A stretch of DNA of 63,677 bases, the filler included, from a bacterium (GTDB lineage: Bacteria; UBP15; UBA6099; JAJRTR01): assembly GCA_024278215.1 (NCBI GenBank). It is 5 parts of 5 records of this genome, joined end to end, with 100 filler letters (N's around TTAATTAATTAA, not from the genome) between each part and the next. Parts side by side here need not be neighbours in the genome. Positions count along the whole stretch, not along the records: positions 42,325 to 60,197 come from JAJRTR010000149.1; positions 60,298 to 63,677 come from JAJRTR010000157.1; 3 more parts are not named here. One strand, given 5' to 3'. Positions 55,850-63,677 of this stretch are shown one piece after another. Position numbers and translations under genes: made by a program. The notes under the pieces were generated by a model that saw only the letters and a list, made by a program, of their open reading frames with translations, made no database searches and had not been told where the DNA came from. Each line of letters starts with the position of its first letter. Position 1 is the stretch's first letter.

Positions 55850-56353
55850 CTATTCCGGCACCGGCAATTCTCTTGATGTCCTGGGGGAAATGATCAGAGA
55901 GGGCGCATGACGTTGAAGCAGAAAAACAAGCTTGAGGTCCGTGTTCACATCTGAAGGGTTCGAAGCAGTCATCTTCACACCGGGCGGCAGAGCGTCCGGC
56001 ACCAGGCGGCAAGCCTCTTCGCCTATCTCGAAGCCGATGCAGAAAAGCAGTGCGCTGTCCTTTTTTTCTTTTGCCGGATGTCCGATGGAGCAAAGGCAGT
56101 TGGGGGTGGCCGGCGCGAATCTTTCAAGCCATTTGCGGGTTGTGGGCACGGAAGCCGACTCTGCGGGAAGTGTAACTCCGGTGAGCATTACAGCTCTGCC
56201 TTTAATATTTCCGGCGTTTTCCATGAACTCGAAGTAAAACTTCACGGCAGCTATGGCAAACAGGATCGTGGCGATCACACATACCCAGAAAACAAGCGCC
56301 ACTACAGGCTTCGTCTGCGTATCGGGAATATCAGTATCCTTCGAATTGACCAT
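55850..56353 (-). CDS. Hypothetical single-TM protein
   Basis: 167-aa ORF with one hydrophobic helix. Confidence 0.55.
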   Translation of the reverse strand: MVNSKDTDIPDTQTKPVVALVFWVCVIATILFAIAAVKFYFEFMENAGNIKGRAVMLTGVTLPAESASVPTTRKWLERFAPATPNCLCSIGHPAKEKKDSALLFCIGFEIGEEACRLVPDALPPGVKMTASNPSDVNTDLKLVFLLQRHAPSLIISPRTSRELPVPE

Positions 56354-56502
56354 TTGTATTCATTATATCAGAAACAGCGATGCACAGCACTCGTTACAAA
56401 ACATAAATTTTGTATTTTACTCTGTTATTTCCTTATGTTACCTAACTATTTGCTCATCGTTGTGCTGAAATTTAAAACTCAGGATATAATGTGTTTGATA
56501 GA

Positions 56503-58467
56503 ATGTCGAACTGTGAAATTACAATCGTGCATCTTGCGCCGCCGCAGATAACGTCGTGCGGAGATTTCGTATACAGGCTAAAGCAGCCTGATTATGAGCT
56601 TGGCAGACTGCCGGGTGTTGTGACGGCGAGTATCACAAATATTTGCTCCGCCCGGCTCGATCTTATAAGAAATGCCGATGTCTTGATAATCCAGTTGCTT
56701 GGAGACCCCGACCTGCTGTCGGTGATAATGGAACGGCGGCAACGCCGACTTTCGACAGTCTTCGAGATTTCCGACAACTTCATGGATTTCCAGCCGCATA
56801 ATCCCGCTGCCCGTTTTTACGAAGTTCCGGAGAACCGCGCGTGCATACTGCAACTGATCTCCCAATGTGATGCAATTCAGGTGACGGTGCCGCCGCTCGC
56901 AGAGAAATACTCGAGGTACAACCGTCGTGTGCGTGTTTTCCAGAATCGCATGTCTTCGCTCGGGAAGCATGTGGGAAACAACATGAATCCGGTAGTAGGC
57001 TGGGGCGGCAGTTTCGGACATTATGAAGATGTAAGGGAAGCCGCGCCATACATTACAGACTGGATAAAAAGGCATCCCGACGTAATATTCTCACTTATGG
57101 GCGATTCTAAATTCGCGACTCTTTTCAGCGATATTCCGAAACATCAGTTCCGGTATCGGCTGCCCGGTGATATTGATTACTACTACGATTTCGTACAATC
57201 TCTGGATATAGGACTCGTCATAGCAAGAGACGACGAATTTAATCTTTGCAGGTCGGACGTAAAGTTCATGGAATATGCGTCTCGGGCTGTTGTTCCTGTT
57301 TGCTCCGACATTCCTACCTACAACAGGACACTGCGCCACGGAGAAACAGGCCTGCTGTTCAGTGATTACAGCGAAATGACATCACAACTTGATCGGCTTG
57401 TTGCGGATAAGAATTTCCGCGAACAGATCGCCGAAAACGCTTTCAACTATATAAAAAACGAAAGGATGGAAGCGGAAGGCGCTCGCGAACGGCTTGAATT
57501 TTATCAGGAACTCATATGTGAATCCGGAGGACGAGGATCATTGACGGAGGACATGATGGCATCGCTGCCTTCACTGAAAAAATCAGAAGGCAGCAGTCAC
57601 TATCTTCACGAAATATCAATAGCTGAAAATGCGATGTATAACGGGATGATATCCCAGTTCACGCGCGGAGATCAGGGCAATGCCGCAGCCTTTTACAGGG
57701 ATGCGCTCGACGCCGAGCCTGATTCTTTCCTTGCGAATTTCTACTTCGGCGTACTTGTCGCTGACACAAATCCGGGCGATGCGGAGATACATCTTGGAAA
57801 AGCGCACTCGATATGGCCGGGTTCATGCGAAGTAAATCTAAAGGCTGCATTGCTGCAAGCGCAGGCAGGAAATGTGGATAAAACGATTTCCATGCTCGAT
57901 AAATTGAAATCGGATCACCCGTCTTATGCACCGGCTCACATGGCGCTCGGCAACTATTATTTCAATAGTGGTGATTACGAAAAGGCTTATGTCAATTATA
58001 AAGCAGCGCTCGCGGCGAACCCGTATTTCGAACCGGCGATGGTGAAACTCGGCGCGATTATGACCGCACGCAATGAACTTGTTGACGCTGAAAGCCACTA
58101 TAGGGATGCTATTGAAATATCGCCGCGCGATGCGACGGCGCGTGCAGGATTGGCTGCAATAGAATTCAGTAATGGAAAGTTCGCGGAGTCTGCCCATCAT
58201 TTCAATATCGCGCTGGATTCGGTTTGTGATGCGGCAGTCATTGCCGCCGACATTCTCAATACTGCAAAAAAACTGTATGCAAACAAGAAATATGAGATCG
58301 CAATTTCATTATTGAAAAATGCCGAAATGAAGATTCCCGGCAATGCCGACATCCTTTTCTGGCTCGCCCGCGCACAGGAAAAAAACAACGACACACAGGG
58401 TGCCAGGGACACATGGAGAAAATTATTGCTTGCCGACCCGGAAGGCAGATACTCGAAGTATATTTGA
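56503..58467 (+). CDS. GT-B (GT4-like) glycosyltransferase fused to TPR repeats
   Basis: VGWGGSFGH, FNLCRSDVKFMEY, HGETGLL; C-terminal TPR array. Confidence 0.85.
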   Translation: MSNCEITIVHLAPPQITSCGDFVYRLKQPDYELGRLPGVVTASITNICSARLDLIRNADVLIIQLLGDPDLLSVIMERRQRRLSTVFEISDNFMDFQPHNPAARFYEVPENRACILQLISQCDAIQVTVPPLAEKYSRYNRRVRVFQNRMSSLGKHVGNNMNPVVGWGGSFGHYEDVREAAPYITDWIKRHPDVIFSLMGDSKFATLFSDIPKHQFRYRLPGDIDYYYDFVQSLDIGLVIARDDEFNLCRSDVKFMEYASRAVVPVCSDIPTYNRTLRHGETGLLFSDYSEMTSQLDRLVADKNFREQIAENAFNYIKNERMEAEGARERLEFYQELICESGGRGSLTEDMMASLPSLKKSEGSSHYLHEISIAENAMYNGMISQFTRGDQGNAAAFYRDALDAEPDSFLANFYFGVLVADTNPGDAEIHLGKAHSIWPGSCEVNLKAALLQAQAGNVDKTISMLDKLKSDHPSYAPAHMALGNYYFNSGDYEKAYVNYKAALAANPYFEPAMVKLGAIMTARNELVDAESHYRDAIEISPRDATARAGLAAIEFSNGKFAESAHHFNIALDSVCDAAVIAADILNTAKKLYANKKYEIAISLLKNAEMKIPGNADILFWLARAQEKNNDTQGARDTWRKLLLADPEGRYSKYI

Positions 58468-58767
58468 GATTCACTTTCAGGGTAAAACTTTTCGGTTTGT
58501 TATGGAGTTCAGCAGCACCAATACGGCTTAGTTAGTGACCGGGCGGAAACACAAAAGCTTTTATTGCGACTGGCCTAAAGGCCGAAAAACGGGTCAATAA
58601 AATCATAGGATCATTAGCGGTGCGGAATGATGGGGGGCGTGGCTGCGGATGGCGATGCCGGTAGAGGTGCGAAAAAAAGTCATTCCGCAGGGATGTATAG
58701 CATCAAGTCTGGTGACAACAAATAACTGACTTGTCAAGGTGATTTGAAAAAACGAAAAATCGTGTCC

Positions 58768-58797
58768 TTGACACTTTGCGGAAACCGATTATATCCT
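58768..58797 (+). promoter_or_regulatory. Sigma-70-type promoter for 6S RNA
   Basis: TTGACA followed 18 nt later by TATCCT. Confidence 0.55.
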
Positions 58798-58828
58798 ATT
58801 AACAGCAGGAAATATGAATAAAGATTGG

Positions 58829-59008
58829 AAATCCCTGCTGTGTGCGTTGGGTTGCAATGTCTTGAGCCAACACTTTTACCAGGGGAATCCTGCTTCAACG
58901 TCTCGATGGCATGCCTCCCTCGAGTGGACGTCAGACAGCGATGAGGGGATACCCACCTGTATTTATACAGGTTCAATGAAACATTACCTTACGGCACAGC
59001 GGGTTTTT
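58829..59008 (+). ncRNA. ssrS: 6S RNA
   Basis: Closing stem ccctgctgtg-tgcgt / acggcacagcggg; ttgagcc / ggttcaa; ggcatgcc and tacccacctg...caggttcaa blocks typical of 6S; about 180 nt. Confidence 0.85.
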
Positions 59009-59175
59009 TTCTATACGTTATGGGCAGAGATAAAACAAATAGCACGTATGGCTACAGGCTCGGAAAGCGCGGCCTGTCATCGTGGACAGACATCATTCCG
59101 GGATTTCCAAGGCAGGGACACTGCGACAGTGGTCCACATGATATCTATTATGAAAGCTGCTCAGACGGAGGACTT

Positions 59176-59505
59176 ATGGATACTATCGGCGAGAAGGATT
59201 TCCACAAAAGGGTCGAATCGTCCGGAGTCCCGGTGCTTCTATGTTTTTATTCGCAGAAATGCAAACCATGCGTGATAATGGCGCCTGATATCGAAGAACT
59301 CGAGAAAGAATATGGTGACGATGTAGTATTTCTGCGTGTCGACACATCGGTTGATACTGAACTGGCAGCCAGACTTTCGGTTGTAAGCACTCCTACACTG
59401 ATTCTTTTTGTAGACGGCGCTCCCGTGCTAAGAATGGTCGGCTATGTGACCAAAACAGACATCCGCCGGAAAGTTGACGAACAATTAAAGATTTCCGCAA
59501 AATGA
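59176..59505 (+). CDS. Thioredoxin
   Basis: FYSQKCKPC active site, VVSTPTLILFVDG; ggagg RBS. Confidence 0.88.
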   Translation: MDTIGEKDFHKRVESSGVPVLLCFYSQKCKPCVIMAPDIEELEKEYGDDVVFLRVDTSVDTELAARLSVVSTPTLILFVDGAPVLRMVGYVTKTDIRRKVDEQLKISAK

Positions 59506-59559
59506 TTTTTCGGCGGTTTTGCGCTACAATATGTAAAATCCAATTCGGAACGGTGAGAG

Positions 59560-60003
59560 ATGAAGATCGTTGTCCTGAATGGGCCCAACCTTAACTTGCT
59601 TGGCACACGCGAGCCCGATATTTATGGTTGCGCGACTCTGGCGGATATTGACCTGATGGTGTTCGAATGGGGCAGGAAGGAAGGCGTAAAAGTCAACACT
59701 ATCCAATCGAATTATGAAGGCGAGATCATCGGCGCCATCCACGAAGCCGGAAAAAACGCGGACGGCATTGTCATCAATCCGGCTGCATACACTCACTACA
59801 GCTTTGCCGTTTACGACGCACTCAAGTCTGTCTATATTCCTGCTGTCGAAGTGCATATCTCAAACATTCACGCACGAGAAGACTTCCGCAAAAATTCCGT
59901 CACGGCACCCGCTTCCATCGGCATCATATCCGGATTCGGATACAGGGGCTACATTATTGCCCTGAACGCGCTCAAGGATTACCTCGAAAGACATTCGGAA
60001 TAA
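59560..60003 (+). CDS. aroQ: Type II 3-dehydroquinate dehydratase
   Basis: LNGPNLNLLGTREPDIYG, QSNYEG, INPAAYTH, EVHISN..RE.FR. Confidence 0.97.
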   Translation: MKIVVLNGPNLNLLGTREPDIYGCATLADIDLMVFEWGRKEGVKVNTIQSNYEGEIIGAIHEAGKNADGIVINPAAYTHYSFAVYDALKSVYIPAVEVHISNIHAREDFRKNSVTAPASIGIISGFGYRGYIIALNALKDYLERHSE

Positions 60004-60197
60004 TGCGAGTGGGGGTATGCAACACATAGTACTAAGTTGCTGAATGTATCAGTTTTTCATTCAGCAACTACATAAGCTGGACAGTACCAAGTTTACCATC
60101 AAGCTGCAAGGCGAAAGTCAGGTAATCTACCAGGGTCGGCGTTTTCGAGGATGAATAACGCAAGGTCGGCCTGATTATCCCCGGCAAAGAGAAATTC

Positions 60198-60297
60198 NNN
60201 NNNNNNNNNNNNNNNNNNNNNNNNNNNNNNNNNNNNNNNNNTTAATTAATTAANNNNNNNNNNNNNNNNNNNNNNNNNNNNNNNNNNNNNNNNNNNN
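60198..60297. other. Artificial contig spacer
   Basis: N44-ttaattaattaa-N44. Confidence 0.99.
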
Positions 60298-60662
60298 CGT
60301 GACCAATGCCCTCGGCGAAAGCATCAACAGCAAGATAGAAAAGATTAAGAAAACAGCCTGTGGTTACCGCAACAGAGACCACTACAAAATTGCTATCTAC
60401 TTCCACTGCGGCGGTCTCAATCTTGATTTGTGTGTAAAAAGTCACGGATGACATTTGTCAACAGTCAATAAACAACAATAGCGAACTCGCAAAGAGCGTT
60501 TTTGTGCATTTCCACCGACTTTAACAACAACGGCTGTATTAAAAATGACTAATTACACACGAATCAATCTTTATCCGGAAATAGCTCAATGAAAGGAATT
60601 ATCATGCGCTCGGACTTGCACCACAACATCTTGTGGCTACCCACTCAAAACCCGGAAGCGCG
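60298..60662 (+). mobile_element. 3' end of an ISL3-family insertion sequence, transposase interrupted by a MITE
   Basis: Frame from 60299: [42 protein letters not shown], then after the insert YPEIAQ* (stop 60590-60592); right end-like ccactcaaaacccggaagcgc. Confidence 0.85.
60425..60565. mobile_element. MITE family C, 141 bp, 6-bp target duplication
   Basis: TIR gatttgtgtgtaa / ttacacacgaatc; aatctt at 60419-60424 and 60566-60571. Confidence 0.9.
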
Positions 60663-60796
60663 AACAAAACTTCGATTGGTACGGCTTCATGCAGTTCCAT
60701 ATCCGACATCAGCATGAAAAACTCTACGGAAAGGCCGCCTGAATTGTACTTACATTCAATTTGGACAAATAATACAATTAATCCAGGTTCAATATT

Positions 60797-60938
60797 GATT
60801 CGTGTGTAAAAAGTCATTTTCAAAAACAATATTTTTGTCAAATTCGGTCAAGATGCTTTAAAATGCTGAACGCACGTTTGTTATAGTTTATCATTGTTGG
60901 TTGACATTTGTCGTCTTCGGCTTTATTACACGCGAATC
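60797..60938. mobile_element. MITE family C, 142 bp, opposite orientation
   Basis: TIR gattcgtgtgtaa / ttacacgcgaatc; aatatt at 60791-60796 and 60939-60944. Confidence 0.88.
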
Positions 60939-61142
60939 AATATTGCTTTTGAGATTTCAGACGACAATAATTAAAATAGGATACTGAGCTGTGCGTGTTG
61001 CATAAATATGAAGCACAGACTGGATATTCTTAGTCTGCGTCTCTTAATAACACCATTCGATCACGCAGGTTATTGCTTTATTGTACCGAACACAATTTTG
61101 CAATTGGCTCTGATGGAAACATTTCAAAGGATTGAAGACGGG

Positions 61143-62639
61143 ATGCCGAACATTAATGAAAGAAGAAAAATCGATATAAGAAGAGTTATCGTAACAACAG
61201 GCGCGATCAGTTTTCTGATGATTGTGTTCAGCGCATATATTTATGCGCAAGAAAGTTCTGTTACAGGCAGCGGGCCGGCGAATAAGTTTTTCACTGAAAA
61301 AAACTTCCGTGGAGCTGTAGACTTTCTTGAAGAATACATAGCACGGGGCGGCGACGACCCCGACGCAAAGATGCAACTCGCAATAGCCTATATTTATACA
61401 GGCCGCCACACTGAGGCAGTCGGACTGTTACAAAGCATTATCGCTGATGAGCCGGAAAATGCGTTTGCATATATCTGGTGTGCACGCGCCAGGGCTGAAC
61501 TAGGCATGAACGACGAGGCAGGCAAACTGATTGCCGAAGGCACTGCTCTCGATCCGGAAAATGAAAAGCTGATAACTTTTGCCGGAGAAGTCGCATACGA
61601 AACAGGTGATTATGAAACCGCCGAAAAATATGCCTATCGTTTTTCCGGTCCTGATGCTTCCGGCCCGCCTACGGACGGCGATTCCTTTATGCTGTTATTT
61701 TTTTCTACTATCAAGTTGGATGGTCTGGAGACAGCCTACAAAATGTTCGAGGACGAAGATTACTGGTCGGTCTCCCTCAATTACTGCCTGCGCCAGAGAG
61801 CCGCGGATGTTTTTATCGGGCATATTGAAGACAATATGGACATGGCCGACAGCCTGCTCGCAAAAACAGAAACTCAGTGCGATAAATGTGGAATCGTATC
61901 CTTCAAGAGAGGCTACGCGGCAGAATTGCAGGGCGATTACAGAGCGGCTGCCGGGTACTACGCCGATGCGGCAGGCAAAGCATGTCTTGACGATGCCTTT
62001 GACAGGGGCGGCGGCTATGCCGATCTGCTACGGATAAACGCACTGCGAAAAAGCGGGACTGCGAATGAAAAAATCATAGAGTTGCTGGATGCGGTGCGTG
62101 ATCTCTATTCCGGTTTGCCGTATTTTCAGTGGCTCTATGCTATTGCCATGTACGTTTCCGAAGATAATGATTCGGCTGTAGACTATTACCTTCGGGCGGA
62201 GGCGCAGCTGCCCGCGAATTTCCTTTCCGAACCCGGCCCGTATACAATCCTGACGAAAGAAGACTACAGTATTCTCGACGACATATCGATCATTGCCGAA
62301 GATGATATGGAATACCTCGAGATCGGTTGCGACAGAGACCTGGACATGCCCGTTGGAATGTTCTTTACAACGCTGAATGAGCCGGGTCTCAGTAATCTTT
62401 TCAGGTATATCGGCCCAGCGGATAAGGATGGAATGTGCAAGGTGGTTGTCTACAGCGCAGATTCCGAGAAGATTGTGAAGAAGGTCGAGGCGCTCGACAT
62501 CCGGCTGACTCCGATCAGGATTTTAGAGGATGCTTACTTTCTAGAGTCTGTTTACCCATCGTACTATATTTCGCAGGATTACTGGTACGTACCTGTTTAC
62601 AGCATATTTCCATTCCTGAGTGCAGGTGATTCGAGATAA
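61143..62639 (+). CDS. Secreted TPR-repeat protein
   Basis: Signal-like helix then TPR motifs (LAIAYIYTGRHTEAVGLLQSIIADEPEN). The longer ORF start runs through a MITE-A end remnant at 61087-61110. Confidence 0.75.
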   Translation: MPNINERRKIDIRRVIVTTGAISFLMIVFSAYIYAQESSVTGSGPANKFFTEKNFRGAVDFLEEYIARGGDDPDAKMQLAIAYIYTGRHTEAVGLLQSIIADEPENAFAYIWCARARAELGMNDEAGKLIAEGTALDPENEKLITFAGEVAYETGDYETAEKYAYRFSGPDASGPPTDGDSFMLLFFSTIKLDGLETAYKMFEDEDYWSVSLNYCLRQRAADVFIGHIEDNMDMADSLLAKTETQCDKCGIVSFKRGYAAELQGDYRAAAGYYADAAGKACLDDAFDRGGGYADLLRINALRKSGTANEKIIELLDAVRDLYSGLPYFQWLYAIAMYVSEDNDSAVDYYLRAEAQLPANFLSEPGPYTILTKEDYSILDDISIIAEDDMEYLEIGCDRDLDMPVGMFFTTLNEPGLSNLFRYIGPADKDGMCKVVVYSADSEKIVKKVEALDIRLTPIRILEDAYFLESVYPSYYISQDYWYVPVYSIFPFLSAGDSR

Positions 62640-62862
62640 TTATGGGCGAAAACATTTAATTCCGTTATTCCCGCGAACACGGAACCCATTTTGGTCTTTG
62701 TTTTTCCATTTTAGATACTAATGAGTTATTATATAAAAAAGGTGCTGTTCACTGGATGTGCAAAAGGAGATCGAATTCCTGTTTTGTGAGCAATAAATAA
62801 ATTCCCATTTTCCAATACTGTGAACGGTTACTGAAAATAAATATTCTTCGGAGGAGTGACGG

Positions 62863-63677
62863 ATGAGAGACGTCATTGTTATCGGCGGCGGACCGGGTGG
62901 AAGTGTCTGCGCACGCGAACTCGCCGCCATGGGGCACAGTGTACTGGTGCTTGATGCGGGCACTCCCGGTGAATACAAACCCTGCGCCGGTGGTATACCT
63001 CCAAGGAATAATACGGTAACGCCGATGAGGGAAGACTTCATCGAAAGAAAAATAAACTCCGGCTTCTTCTGTACTGCGGGCCTCAGCACCTTCACTATTA
63101 CTGCTTATGACGACATGGCGGCTATTGTTTTCAGGGCCGATTATGATGCGTATCTGCATGAACTCGCCGAAAAAGCGGGCGCGGAATTATTGTTTGAAAC
63201 TTCCGCGCAAAATGTGGTTTTCGAAGAGGACAAAGTACGTGTCACGGCACGAAGAGACGGAAAAACCGTCAGTTATACCGCCCGTGCTGTTGTGGGCGCT
63301 TTCGGAGTCGGCACCAGGCAGTTGCGAGAAGACTTCAGTATCGAACATGATTCTTTTTTCGAAGTTGTGATGATGGAACTGAAACTTCCGGAAGTCAAAG
63401 TCGACGAACAAATCGGTCTGGCGGTCGAGTCCTATCTCGATTCGAAAATAACGACGGCGGGCCGCGCATGGATATACCCCAAAAGATCAGGTGTCGCCGT
63501 GGGCATAACATCGGCCGCGGGCGAAGGTTTTGATGCTCTCGAAGAAAAACTCGCCAACTTTATTATGGAACATCCTGTGGCGTCCGTGAAACTCAGCGGC
63601 CACAGGGCCGCATTCGGAAAAAAAGAAGACTCGACTTTCCGTCGCTTGATTCCCAGAAGCATTGTGAAGCGGTCTTA
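62863..63677 (+). CDS. Geranylgeranyl-reductase-family FAD-dependent oxidoreductase, runs off window end (absent from ORF track)
   Basis: ggagga RBS; MRDVIVIGGGPGGSVCARELA, KPCAGG, RADYDAYL, AWIYPK. Confidence 0.85.
   Translation, partial: MRDVIVIGGGPGGSVCARELAAMGHSVLVLDAGTPGEYKPCAGGIPPRNNTVTPMREDFIERKINSGFFCTAGLSTFTITAYDDMAAIVFRADYDAYLHELAEKAGAELLFETSAQNVVFEEDKVRVTARRDGKTVSYTARAVVGAFGVGTRQLREDFSIEHDSFFEVVMMELKLPEVKVDEQIGLAVESYLDSKITTAGRAWIYPKRSGVAVGITSAAGEGFDALEEKLANFIMEHPVASVKLSGHRAAFGKKEDSTFRRLIPRSIVKRS

Noticed and set aside
58659-58730. ggtagaggtgcg resembling the start of a lysine riboswitch
   Set aside because: The downstream AGUA, GAAAGG and CGCCGAA elements are not seen, and no lysine gene follows.
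58814-59275. 153-aa ORF and the extended 59020 start of thioredoxin
   Set aside because: The ORF overlaps the 6S RNA and has no recognisable motif; the strong RBS supports ATG 59176.

Overview
This window is five assembly contigs joined by N44-TTAATTAATTAA-N44 spacers (1-14374, 14475-29498, 29599-42224, 42325-60197, 60298-63677), so gene neighbourhoods cannot be read across the spacers. It looks like an anaerobic bacterial genome bin. Recognisable housekeeping content: moaA, rarA (truncated), ribD, rbsK, split class I fumarate hydratase, hemA (truncated), gdhA, thioredoxin, aroQ and a 6S RNA. Accessory content: a 2941-aa secreted S8 protease with modular repeats; a stand-alone Na+-type (PomAB/MotPS-like) stator pair preceded by a candidate Na+ riboswitch; a sigma-54-driven Hmc/Tmc-like redox module (Fe-S/CCG protein, cytochrome b, membrane-anchored hexaheme cytochrome c) with two-component genes; a surface-glycosylation cluster; and a decayed hicBA pair. 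At least three families of short non-autonomous elements with terminal inverted repeats and target duplications are present, one inserted in an ISL3 transposase. I saw no CRISPR array, rRNA or tRNA. All family assignments come from motif recognition by eye, not from database searches.
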